64,000 bases of DNA, from contig CANKHJ010000003.1 in NCBI GenBank assembly GCA_947481635.1, positions 5,353 to 69,352 of the forward strand, in the 5' to 3' direction. This DNA is from Bradyrhizobiaceae bacterium. GTDB lineage: Bacteria; Pseudomonadota; Alphaproteobacteria; Rhizobiales; Xanthobacteraceae. The notes under the pieces are model-generated. The model searched no databases and was not told the origin of the DNA. It saw only the letters and a list, made by a program, of their open reading frames with translations. Shown piece by piece: positions 9,485-18,348 of the stretch (position 1 is the first letter of the stretch; each line of letters begins with the position of its first letter). Made by a program: the position numbers and the translations under genes.

Positions 9485-10258
9485 TCACAGAAACCGCGTC
9501 GGCCACATCAGCGTGCGCCACATGTGGGCGGAGGAGCTGTTGTCGAAGCCGAGGCCTTCCTTGGGCTGTTTCCAGTTGCGGCCGATGATGTCGACGAAGT
9601 CTTCGAGCTCGCACTTCACGTTCGGATCGAACGAATAGACATCGTTCACCGTGATCATGCGCGAGGTCATGTACCACTTGTGGTTCCGCGCGCGCTCATA
9701 CTCGGCGTAGATATACGGCTCGGGCTTATAATGCTCGCCGAACAGCTTGATGTATTGATCCGGGTAGGTGTAGCCGACCGACTCGTCGGGGAAAAAGCGC
9801 AGCGACTGGTGCATGCGGATTGCCCAGCTCACCTCTTCATCGACATAAGGTGCAATGAGCTGCTCGCCCCAATAGCCATGATCCGGGCGGATGAAGCCGA
9901 TCACGCCGATGTCGTGCAGCAGGCAGGCCATCACGACCTTTTCCGGCAGGCCTTTGATACGCGCGAGACGCGCGCTCTGCAGCAGATGCTGCGCGGTGAA
10001 GAAGCGCATCGTGAAGAAGTCGATCAGCGTCGGCTTCTCCGGCATCTTCTTCAGCTTCGGGTCGTCGCGCATCACCATGAACTTGCCGGGATTTTCGGCG
10101 CGCAACGCGTTGCCGTTCTCCATCTGCACATGGCCTTCCTTGGCCAGGCGGAACAGAACGGAATTGGTGACGATCGTGTTGAGCTGGTCGGTCAGATCGT
10201 GCTCGTGCTGATCGGCGAGATCAGACAGACTGACGGCTGCGGCTGATTGCGGTCCCAT
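9485..10258 (-). CDS. HD-domain metal-dependent phosphohydrolase-like protein
   Basis: VMACLLHDIGVIGF carries an HD motif. GGAGA lies 5 nt upstream of the ATG. Confidence 0.65.
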   Translation of the reverse strand: MGPQSAAAVSLSDLADQHEHDLTDQLNTIVTNSVLFRLAKEGHVQMENGNALRAENPGKFMVMRDDPKLKKMPEKPTLIDFFTMRFFTAQHLLQSARLARIKGLPEKVVMACLLHDIGVIGFIRPDHGYWGEQLIAPYVDEEVSWAIRMHQSLRFFPDESVGYTYPDQYIKLFGEHYKPEPYIYAEYERARNHKWYMTSRMITVNDVYSFDPNVKCELEDFVDIIGRNWKQPKEGLGFDNSSSAHMWRTLMWPTRFL

Positions 10259-10325
10259 CGGCGTCTCCGGCCTTTCCTAAGGCTATGCGTGATTTTGGCC
10301 CAACCTATTGAAAGGTGGGCGGTTG

Positions 10326-11873
10326 TCAACGCGGCGCGAGCCAGCGTGCACCGGCCAACACGCCAATGGCGGTCAGCCCTGCGAAAACCGCAAGCCAGGT
10401 TTCATTGGCGGCCAGCGCCGCCGTGCCGGCCCAGGAAATTGACGAAAACGCTTCGGCGAAGGTGGCCAAGCGCGACGAGGTCTGGCGGCGGCGGAAATGG
10501 CTGCGCTTGGCCTGCGCCCGGAACCAGAGCTGGATGAAAGTAGCCGAAGTGGCCGCTGCCAGGATGCCCACACCGGCCACCAGGGCGTGGAAGGCCGAAA
10601 ACGGCAGCAAGGCCGCCAGGAACGGCGCGAAAACAATGGCGATACAGCCGAGCACCGCCTCGACCTTGGCGCGGACCACGCGGCGCGGCGTCACCGGGGC
10701 GGTCGCGACCAGCTCCGGGGCGTCCTCGCCCGAGATCGCCAGCCAGGCCAGCCCGCCGGCCAATTGGCCGGACACCATCACCAGCACCGGCACCAGCACG
10801 ATCAGCGCGCCCGAGCCCTCCCGATGGCTGAGCCAGAGCAGCAGCGCCGGCGGCAGCAGGTAGAGCACCTGCATCAGCGACTGCGACATCAGCCACGGGT
10901 CGCGCAGCAGCAGCGTCCATTCCTTGCGCCGCAGCACGCGCGATGGCGACATCTGGCGGAAACGGTAGAAGCTTTGCGTCCGGCGCGACGCCGGGGCCTG
11001 CGAGGCGCCGGCGGCGGCCATGGCGTGGTCGCCGAAGCGGCGCGAGAATATCGCGATCGAGAAACCAATCGCCAGCAGGCAGGCCGCTACGACGACTGAG
11101 AGCGCAAAGGGATCGCCGAGCATCGCGCGCGCCGGCAGCCACAGCGGGCTGTCGATCGATGGCAACCCGTCGGACAGCGCCCCGGTCTCGAACAGATAGA
11201 GGCGCGACAGCGTGCCGTAGGACAGGATCGCCGCGATCTGGAGGCCGATCACGAAGGACGCACCGATTACCGCGGCGACGATCTGCGCCAGTAGCCGCGT
11301 ACGGCGGGGACCGAACATCCGGAACAGTGCAACTGTAATCGCAATCGCGATCGCGGCGGCGGCGACGCCGAGCGCCAGTACCACGCCGTAAGCGGCGATC
11401 CAGCGCGCGCCACCGCGCAGCACTAGGATATTGATGAACGGCGACGCGATCAGCACCGACATCAGCCCGACCGAGCAGGCCACCGCCGCGAGCCGCACCG
11501 CGAAGACGACGCGCGACGCCACCGGCGAAGAAAGGATCAGGTCGAGATCGGAGCGTGCATAGAAGGCGCGGGTCACCGATTCCATCGCCTGCGACAGCAC
11601 CAGGCACCATGACAGCAGTGCGGCGCCCGAGATGATCACGAGCGCGTCGTGATTGTCTGGGCCGACCTTGGCGTGCTTGCCGACCATCGAATTGGCGAGG
11701 AAATGCATGAACACCGCGAACAGCGCGAGACCGATCACGACATTGCGCGTGCGCCAGCGCTGGCCGGCGGTCATCATCGAGAACCAGTCACGCCAGGCAA
11801 TCCGCGCCTCGTGGCGGGCAAACCAAGCCATGGTGCCGGTGTTGCTGGCCGCGGACACTAGAGCGCGATCCAT
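10326..11873 (-). CDS. Polytopic membrane protein, putative permease partner of the upstream ABC ATPase
   Basis: The 515-aa protein has many hydrophobic segments. It lies co-directionally 67 nt downstream of the ABC ATPase gene. Confidence 0.6.
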   Translation of the reverse strand: MDRALVSAASNTGTMAWFARHEARIAWRDWFSMMTAGQRWRTRNVVIGLALFAVFMHFLANSMVGKHAKVGPDNHDALVIISGAALLSWCLVLSQAMESVTRAFYARSDLDLILSSPVASRVVFAVRLAAVACSVGLMSVLIASPFINILVLRGGARWIAAYGVVLALGVAAAAIAIAITVALFRMFGPRRTRLLAQIVAAVIGASFVIGLQIAAILSYGTLSRLYLFETGALSDGLPSIDSPLWLPARAMLGDPFALSVVVAACLLAIGFSIAIFSRRFGDHAMAAAGASQAPASRRTQSFYRFRQMSPSRVLRRKEWTLLLRDPWLMSQSLMQVLYLLPPALLLWLSHREGSGALIVLVPVLVMVSGQLAGGLAWLAISGEDAPELVATAPVTPRRVVRAKVEAVLGCIAIVFAPFLAALLPFSAFHALVAGVGILAAATSATFIQLWFRAQAKRSHFRRRQTSSRLATFAEAFSSISWAGTAALAANETWLAVFAGLTAIGVLAGARWLAPR

Positions 11874-11894
11874 CGCACTCTAGCCTTTTGCTTG

Positions 11895-11941
11895 AGCATG
11901 ATCTTTTCGGAAAACCGGGGTCCACTTTTCCGGATCATGCT
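11895..11941. repeat. Nested-palindrome REP-like element between the ABC ATPase and permease genes
   Basis: Outer inverted repeat AGCATGATC / GATCATGCT encloses an inner CGGAAAA / TTTTCCG repeat around the core AACCGGGGTCCACTT. A related core occurs at 48.87 kb. Confidence 0.6.
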
Positions 11942-12714
11942 TACGCCGCCTGCGCCCGCTCGGCGATGAGCGCGAGGAAGGTATCCTCCAGGCTGCGCGC
12001 CTTGTCGGCATCGCGGCCGTTGGTCTTTTCCGAAAGCTCGTGCAGTTCCTGCAAGGTGCCTTCCGCGATCAACTTGCCGCGCGCGATCACCCCTATGCGG
12101 TCGGCCATCCGTTCGGCGACTTCGAGGATATGTGTGGTCATGATCACGGTGCCGCCGGCGGTGACGCGCTCGCGCAGCACGTCCTTCACCTGGCGCGCCG
12201 AAGCGGCATCGAGGCCGGTGAGCGGTTCGTCGAGAATGATCAGGCGCGGGTCATGCACCAGCGCGCCGGCCAATGCCACTTTCTGACGCATGCCGCGCGA
12301 AAATCCCTCGCAGCGCTCATGCGCATGCGGCCCGAGCCCAAGCAGCGCGATCAGATCGCGGGCGCGGGTCTCGGCGCCCCGCGCATCGATGCCCCAGAGG
12401 CCGGCGACGAATTCGAGATATTCGTAAGGCGTGAGCTTGTCATAGATCATCGGCTCGTCGGACACCCAGGCGAGGATGCGCTTGGCCTCGACCGGATCGC
12501 GCCGCGCGTCGATCCCGAACACCGAGATCGCGCCGGCGTCAGGCTGCATCAGCCCGGCGACCATGCGCAAAGTGGTGGTCTTGCCGGCCCCGTTGGGGCC
12601 AAGCAGCGAATAGAATTCGCCGGCGCGTACCGTGAGGTCGAGTTGGTCGACCGCGGGGCGGTCGAACCGCTTCACCAGGCCGCGGATTTCGAGGGCAGGA
12701 AGGGCTGGGGTCAT
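11941..12714 (-). CDS. ABC transporter ATP-binding protein
   Basis: Walker A GPNGAGKTT, signature SRGMRQKV and Walker B LIILDEP are present. Confidence 0.9.
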   Translation of the reverse strand: MTPALPALEIRGLVKRFDRPAVDQLDLTVRAGEFYSLLGPNGAGKTTTLRMVAGLMQPDAGAISVFGIDARRDPVEAKRILAWVSDEPMIYDKLTPYEYLEFVAGLWGIDARGAETRARDLIALLGLGPHAHERCEGFSRGMRQKVALAGALVHDPRLIILDEPLTGLDAASARQVKDVLRERVTAGGTVIMTTHILEVAERMADRIGVIARGKLIAEGTLQELHELSEKTNGRDADKARSLEDTFLALIAERAQAA

Positions 12715-12884
12715 GATGCCCTCAGGCTAGCCGAGAGAAGTTTCGCCGCGGTGAATGCCGCCACAAAAACCGGCGATGCCCCGGAAATCGCACGGAAATT
12801 TGAGTTGATTCACTGTGCCTTGCTCCGCCCACGGCTTGTTTTGGGAATCGCACTGGCCGATCCTTGCCATTTGGGGGAGTTCCA

Positions 12885-13085
12885 ATGAGCGGCGTCGCCG
12901 TCTTTCTCTGGCTGGTCGGGGCCTACGTGGCGATCGGCATCGCCATGGCGCTGGCCTTCGTGACGATCGGGCTGGGGCGCGTCATGCCGCATACGCGCGT
13001 GACGACCGGCGCGCGCATCCTGTTCGCGCCCGGCGCCGCCGCGCTGTGGCCGCTGATCCTGTCGCGCTGGCTGGCCGCGCGATGA
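12885..13085 (+). CDS. Small two-helix membrane protein (66 aa), unknown function
   Basis: GGGGGAG lies 6 nt upstream of the ATG at 12885. There are two hydrophobic stretches. The stop overlaps the next ATG (ATGA). Confidence 0.4.
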   Translation: MSGVAVFLWLVGAYVAIGIAMALAFVTIGLGRVMPHTRVTTGARILFAPGAAALWPLILSRWLAAR

Positions 13086-13180
13086 GGCGTTCGCTGCGCA
13101 GGACGCACCGCAGGCTCTGGCCGCTGCTGCTGATCGTGGTGGGGCTCGGCTTCGCGCTCGCTTTGGGCCTGCGCTCGTGA
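13082..13180 (+). CDS. Mini membrane peptide (32 aa), tentative
   Basis: A basic N-terminus is followed by one TM helix (LWPLLLIVVGLGFALALGL). It overlaps upstream by ATGA and downstream by GTGA. Confidence 0.25.
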   Translation: MRRSLRRTHRRLWPLLLIVVGLGFALALGLRS

Positions 13181-14217
13181 GCGCCGGCTTCCAGGCGGTG
13201 CAATGGGGCCGCGCGAAATATATCTACGACGCAATTCTGCTCGGCTGCGTCACGGCCTATGTCGGCGGCTTTGCCCTGATCGCGTGGCGGGTCACGCCGC
13301 CGAAAAATCTTGCCGATCAGATCGACATCTTCATCCGTGCTTTTGGAAGCTGCGCCTTCCTGATGCTGACGGCGATCCTGTGCATCGGGCCGCTGGCGCG
13401 GCTCGACCAGCGCTGCCTCAAGGCATTGTATAACCGCCGTCATTTCGGCGTGCTGACATTCCTGGTCGCGGCGACGCATGCCTGGCTGATGATCGAGTGG
13501 TACCTCGCGCAGGGCAACCTGCAAAACCTCGGCAACGAACTCATCACCTGGGCGGATTACGCCAAGTTCATCGGCTTCCCGTTCAAGACGCTCGGCATGG
13601 CCGCGCTACTGGTGCTGTTCCTGATGGCGGCGACCAGCCATGACTTCTGGCTCGCCTTCCTCGGTCCGAAGGTGTGGAAGGCGCTGCATATGGCGCTTTA
13701 TGTTGCCTATGGGCTGGTGGTGATGCATGTCGCGCTCGGCATCATGCAATATGAGCGCACGCCGTTGGTCCCGATCATGCTGATCGGGGGCTTCGGCGCC
13801 GTCGTGACGCTGCACCTGATCGCGGCCTTTCGCGAACACAAAGCCGACCGCGGCAAACCCGCGCGCGACGGCTGGCTCGCGGTCGGGCCGCCGCTCTCGA
13901 TTCCCGACAAATGCGCGCGCATCGTAGTGGCCGACGGCGGCGAGCGCATCGCGGTGTTCCGCGACGGCACGCAGGTCGGTGCGCTGACCAACCTCTGCGC
14001 GCATCAGAATGGACCGCTCGGCGAAGGACGCATCATCGACGGCTGTGTCACCTGCCCGTGGCATGGGTGGCAATACCGGCTGGCCGACGGACGCGCGCCG
14101 GAACCCTTCACCGAAAAGGTCGCGACGCATCGCGTTCGGCTGGTCGACGGCATCATCGAGGTCGACGTCAATCCATTGCCGCCGGGCACGCCAGCGGCCA
14201 TTCAGGTTCCGCTCTAG
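13177..14217 (+). CDS. Ferric-reductase-type (heme-b) six-TM domain fused to a C-terminal Rieske [2Fe-2S] domain
   Basis: There are six hydrophobic helices. His pairs occur in helix 3 (RHFGVLTFLVAATH) and helix 5 (LHMALYVAYGLVVMH). The C-terminus carries CAH-x16-CPWH. Confidence 0.75.
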   Translation: MSAGFQAVQWGRAKYIYDAILLGCVTAYVGGFALIAWRVTPPKNLADQIDIFIRAFGSCAFLMLTAILCIGPLARLDQRCLKALYNRRHFGVLTFLVAATHAWLMIEWYLAQGNLQNLGNELITWADYAKFIGFPFKTLGMAALLVLFLMAATSHDFWLAFLGPKVWKALHMALYVAYGLVVMHVALGIMQYERTPLVPIMLIGGFGAVVTLHLIAAFREHKADRGKPARDGWLAVGPPLSIPDKCARIVVADGGERIAVFRDGTQVGALTNLCAHQNGPLGEGRIIDGCVTCPWHGWQYRLADGRAPEPFTEKVATHRVRLVDGIIEVDVNPLPPGTPAAIQVPL

Positions 14218-14230
14218 TCAAGGACACGGC

Positions 14231-15337
14231 ATGGCAGGCGAAGATTGGATCGATCTCGGCGCGAGTGCGGAGCTGTCGACGATGCCGCTGCGGCCGGTGA
14301 CGGCGCGTAGCACCAGCATCGCGCTCTCGTATCGCGACGGTGAATTCGGGGCGGTGTCGAATACCTGCAATCACGTTGGCGGTCCGCTCGGCGGCGGCAC
14401 GCTCGACGGCGACTACATCGTCTGCCCGTGGCATGCGTGGAAATTCCATCGCCGCAGCGGCGCGGGCGAGCCGGGCTTCGAGGATGACTGCGTGCCGTCC
14501 TATCCGGTCAAGGTCGAGAACGGCCGCGTGCTGGTCAATCTCGCCGCCGCGAGCAAACGCAACAGGAAGCCGCATGCGGCGCATCCGCTGACGCGCGATG
14601 TCACGCGCGCGCCGGGAAAGCTCCGGCTCGCGGGCATCTCGACCACCGTGATGGATCCCGGCCTGCCACGCTTCTCGGGATCGGACCATCTGCTCGACGC
14701 CGCGCTGACGGAAGCTCGCACGCTCGGAGCGGAGACACAGATCATCCGCCTCAACGACCTGAAATTCCGTGCCTGCGAGGGCTATTATTCCAAGGGCGCA
14801 CAGGCCTGCACCTGGCCCTGCTCGATCACCCAGATGGATTCGACCGACCAGATGGACCAGGTCTACGAGGCGCTGGTGCATTGGGCCGACGCGATCATCG
14901 TGGCGTCGCCGATCCGCTGGGGCGCTGCGTCATCGCTCTATTTCAAGATGGCCGAGCGGCTCAATTGCGTGCAGAATGCGATCACGACGCGTAACCGTGT
15001 CCTGATCCGCAACAAGGTGGCCGGCTTCATCATTGTCGGCGGTCAGGACAATATCCAGGGCGTCGCCGGACAAATGCTCGGCTTCTTCGCCGAGCTCGGC
15101 TTCATCTTTCCGCAATTTCCCTATATCGCCCATTCGCGCGGCTGGTCGCGCGAGGATATGGAACGGAATATCGAAGTGGTGCGGACATCGAAAGAACTGG
15201 CCGAAGGCGCTTCGATGCTGGCGAAACGCTGCCTCGATCTCGCCGCACACCTGATCGCGCAGGACGAGGCGCCCGCCTCGATCGAACGCGGCGGTCGCAA
15301 AGCCCATCTGATCGATACCGATGCATCCATTGGGTGA
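14231..15337 (+). CDS. Rieske [2Fe-2S] domain fused to an NADPH-dependent FMN-reductase/flavodoxin-like domain
   Basis: The N-terminus carries CNH-x16-CPWH. The C-terminal part (LRLAGISTT...ADAIIVASPIRWG...GFIIVGGQDN) is typical of Isf/FMN-reductase-like flavoproteins. The ATG at 14231 is in frame with the 14009..15337 ORF. Confidence 0.75.
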   Translation: MAGEDWIDLGASAELSTMPLRPVTARSTSIALSYRDGEFGAVSNTCNHVGGPLGGGTLDGDYIVCPWHAWKFHRRSGAGEPGFEDDCVPSYPVKVENGRVLVNLAAASKRNRKPHAAHPLTRDVTRAPGKLRLAGISTTVMDPGLPRFSGSDHLLDAALTEARTLGAETQIIRLNDLKFRACEGYYSKGAQACTWPCSITQMDSTDQMDQVYEALVHWADAIIVASPIRWGAASSLYFKMAERLNCVQNAITTRNRVLIRNKVAGFIIVGGQDNIQGVAGQMLGFFAELGFIFPQFPYIAHSRGWSREDMERNIEVVRTSKELAEGASMLAKRCLDLAAHLIAQDEAPASIERGGRKAHLIDTDASIG

Positions 15338-16115
15338 CGTGACCGACGATTTATGGACCGAGGTTCCGGCACTGTTGCGTACCGGGACAGCGCCGCTGCC
15401 CGCGCCGTGGGAAGGCCGGTTCGGCCCGCTGCGCGCGGGCGTGACCGACGATCTCGTCGTGGTCGCGCAAATGGGCCAATCGCTTGACGGCCGCGTCGCG
15501 ACGCGCAGCGGGCATTCGCACTATATCAACGGACCGAGTGGTCTGGCGCATCTGCACCGGCTGCGCGCGGTGACCGACGCGGTGGTGGTCGGCGTCGGCA
15601 CCGCCATCGCCGACGATCCGCAGCTCACCGTGCGCCACTGCGCCGGCCCCTGCCCGGCCCGCGTGGTGATCGATCCGCGCGGCCGGCTGCCGGATACGGC
15701 GCGGCTGCTCGCAGATGACGGCGCGCGCCGCATCGTCGTGACCGGCAACAATCTCGGGCGGACCTGGCCGGCTGGCGTCGAGGCGATCGCGCTGGCGCGC
15801 GAGAACGGCTCGATCGAGCCGGCCGAAATTCTCGCCGCGCTGGCGCAACGCGGCCTCACGCGCATCCTGATCGAAGGCGGCGGCAACACCGTCGCGCGCT
15901 TTCTGGTGGCGCGATGCCTCGACCGGCTGCATATCGTGGTCGCGCCGCTGATCTTCGGCAGCGGACGGCCGAGCCTCTCGCTGGCGCCGATCGACAATGT
16001 CGACGAAGCGCTGCGGCCGCCGATGGGAATCCACGACCTCGGCGGCGAAGTGCTGTTCGACTGCGACTTGGCGGCCTACCGGCGCCCGATCGGGCGCGCA
16101 AAAAAATCGATGTGA
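15321..16115 (+). CDS. RibD C-terminal-domain (DHFR-like fold) reductase
   Basis: Motifs MGQSLDGRVAT, HRLRAVTDAVVVGVGTAIADDPQLTVR and ILIEGGGNT are present. The gene overlaps the upstream gene by 17 nt. Confidence 0.75.
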   Translation: MHPLGDVTDDLWTEVPALLRTGTAPLPAPWEGRFGPLRAGVTDDLVVVAQMGQSLDGRVATRSGHSHYINGPSGLAHLHRLRAVTDAVVVGVGTAIADDPQLTVRHCAGPCPARVVIDPRGRLPDTARLLADDGARRIVVTGNNLGRTWPAGVEAIALARENGSIEPAEILAALAQRGLTRILIEGGGNTVARFLVARCLDRLHIVVAPLIFGSGRPSLSLAPIDNVDEALRPPMGIHDLGGEVLFDCDLAAYRRPIGRAKKSM

Positions 16116-16879
16116 CCGACGCGCAGCTCGCTTGATCCCGCGCTGATCAATTCGCGGCGGCGCGTGAACCAGCCGGCGACAATGGCAAGCGATGTATCCA
16201 TGCTGCGCGCGATACCGGCATAGCCGTTCAACAATTCAAGTTGGATGGCCTTGTCCGAACGATCGAGCACCCAATCGCTCTCTTTGAGATCGACCTTGTA
16301 TCCGACCCGGCGGAAACGCCGCACCGCCGTCATGGCGGCTTCGGGTCCAAGCGCTGCGCCGAAGCCTTTCTCGCTACGCTGATGCCGGTTCACCGCGGAG
16401 ACGACAGTGGCATCCCCATCCTCCTCCGGCGTGAAAATGATGCGGCCGTCATAGTTCAGCGTTGCGTAGAACGGGAGATGCCGCGCGGCCAATTCGGTCA
16501 CGAGACGATCGAGCCATTCCTGCGACACGAGATCGAGCAATGCCGAGGTGGTGACGAGATCGACCGCCCCATCCAGCGCCGCCTCGAGATCATGCGCAAG
16601 ATCCACCGGCGTGGTCGCGACAGCCACGCGGGATGAAGGCGGCGCGGACACGCGCGCCAGCAGGCTGAGGTCGTTGTCGACCAGCCGCCAGCGCTGATGC
16701 ATCGGCAGGTGGGGGGACAGGGCGCGCATCGCGGCGCCGGTCCCGCTGGCGAGATCAACGACTGAAATCGAATGACGTTCAGAGGCCCAGGCTTTGACCG
16801 CCTCCAGCAGCAGGGGGTTGCGCGCACGCTCATCATACGGTTCGCGCAGCGCCAGCCAGTCTGACGAAAAGCCGCTCAA
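16076..16879 (-). CDS. Class I SAM-dependent methyltransferase
   Basis: VVDLASGTGAA is a motif-I-like sequence. The gene overlaps the upstream GT4 gene by 4 nt. Confidence 0.7.
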   Translation of the reverse strand: MSGFSSDWLALREPYDERARNPLLLEAVKAWASERHSISVVDLASGTGAAMRALSPHLPMHQRWRLVDNDLSLLARVSAPPSSRVAVATTPVDLAHDLEAALDGAVDLVTTSALLDLVSQEWLDRLVTELAARHLPFYATLNYDGRIIFTPEEDGDATVVSAVNRHQRSEKGFGAALGPEAAMTAVRRFRRVGYKVDLKESDWVLDRSDKAIQLELLNGYAGIARSMDTSLAIVAGWFTRRRELISAGSSELRVGHIDFFARPIGRR

Positions 16880-17928
16880 ATCACCGCCTCGATCGCGCGC
16901 GCGACGCGCGCGGCGGCGTCGCTCCAGGTCGGGAAATTTTGCGCGGCCTTACGCGCCGCAGCGGAAAACCTCCGTCGCTCGTCAGGGCTTGCGATCAGGC
17001 GGCGCAACGCCGCGGCCAGTGCCGGAACGTCGCCAGGGGGGACCAGAAGGCCGGCGCCGTGCGGCACCGCCTCAGGAATAGCGCCCCCGGTGGTGCCGAT
17101 CACCGGCAGGCCATGCGCCAGCGCTTCGGTATAGGCCATACCATAGCCTTCGTAATGCGAGGCCAGCACGAACAGATCCGCGCCATCGTAAAGCTCGGCG
17201 AGACGTTCATGCGAGACACCGCCGGCGAGAACAACGCGGTCGCCCAATCCAAAATGGGCGATGTCGGCCTTGAGCTGACGCAGCATCTCGGCACTGCGGT
17301 CGGGATCCCCGGCGATGATGAGGTTCCAAGGCAGGTCGGTCAGCGTCGCCAGCGCCGCGACCAGCAGATCATGCCCCTTGCGCGGCACGATGGCGCCGAC
17401 GCTGAGCAGCGATACGCTATCCGCGTGGCTGCCGCGCGCGGCCTGGAAACGGTCGGTGCCAGGCAGCGCAACGGTGATGCGCCCGCGCGGCACGCCGTAA
17501 CTCTCGACCAGGATGCGCTCGGTGGTCACGCTGGTCGCGATCACGGCGCGCGCACAGGCAAGCGCGTCGCGCTCGCTATTAAGCAAACGCGCGGCATCGG
17601 CCCTGCTCCATCCCGTCTCCAATGCGAGCGGATGATGCACCAGCGCGATCAGCGGATGCGAAAGCTGCAAGTCTGCGACAATCTCCGGAATGAGGCCGTA
17701 GACCAGACCATCGATCAGCAGCGGGGTGCCTGAAGGCACCGATGCGAGTTGCTGCCGTGTGGTCGCGAGCGTCGCCGTGTCGGGCCGCGGATAACCGCTG
17801 CCGACATCGAGGAAATCCGCGTCCCAGCCGATACCTCGCAGCTCCTCGATCACGCGACGGTCATAAGCATAGCCGCCAGTCAGTTGCGCGTAGTCGCCGG
17901 AAATGCCGAACGCAACCCGCTTCACCAC
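16876..17928 (-). CDS. GT4-family (group 1) glycosyltransferase
   Basis: The C-terminal half contains PRKGHDLL and LFVLASHYEGYGMAYTEALAHGLPVIGT (an EX7E-type motif). Confidence 0.8.
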   Translation of the reverse strand: MVKRVAFGISGDYAQLTGGYAYDRRVIEELRGIGWDADFLDVGSGYPRPDTATLATTRQQLASVPSGTPLLIDGLVYGLIPEIVADLQLSHPLIALVHHPLALETGWSRADAARLLNSERDALACARAVIATSVTTERILVESYGVPRGRITVALPGTDRFQAARGSHADSVSLLSVGAIVPRKGHDLLVAALATLTDLPWNLIIAGDPDRSAEMLRQLKADIAHFGLGDRVVLAGGVSHERLAELYDGADLFVLASHYEGYGMAYTEALAHGLPVIGTTGGAIPEAVPHGAGLLVPPGDVPALAAALRRLIASPDERRRFSAAARKAAQNFPTWSDAAARVARAIEAVI

Positions 17929-18323
17929 AAGGCGGCCTCATACCACGCGCGCGCCACATGGGATTCCGAGATCGTGATGCGGATGGCGGCGAGTTCGCGG
18001 CCCTCACGGCCCAAGGCGCCGGAACGTGCGGCGGCCGCCAGATGATCGAAGATATGCTTGGTCAGGAACTCGGTAGTGGTGTTCTTGCCTTCCAGGCCGG
18101 GCGCGGTATCGAGATTGCGATAATTCAGCGGCGCCAGCGTTTCCTTGAGCACCTCATGCGCGCGGCCGATGTCGATAACGATGCCGTTGGCATCGAGTGC
18201 CTCGGACATGAATGCGGCATCGATGACGAAGGTCGCGCCATGCAGCGCCTGCGCCGGGCCGAACACCGCCCCGCGAAATGAATGGGCGATCATGATGTGG
18301 TCACGGACTTCGACGGCAAACAC
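17922..18323 (-). CDS. 6-pyruvoyl-tetrahydropterin synthase / QueD-family protein, atypical
   Basis: FAVEVRDHIMIAHSF...LHGATFVID has the family architecture. A GTG start at 18323 has GAGG 8 nt upstream. The longer 166-aa ORF is rejected. Confidence 0.65.
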   Translation of the reverse strand: MFAVEVRDHIMIAHSFRGAVFGPAQALHGATFVIDAAFMSEALDANGIVIDIGRAHEVLKETLAPLNYRNLDTAPGLEGKNTTTEFLTKHIFDHLAAAARSGALGREGRELAAIRITISESHVARAWYEAALW

Positions 18324-18348
18324 GGAAAAGACCTCGGAGTTTAAGTGG

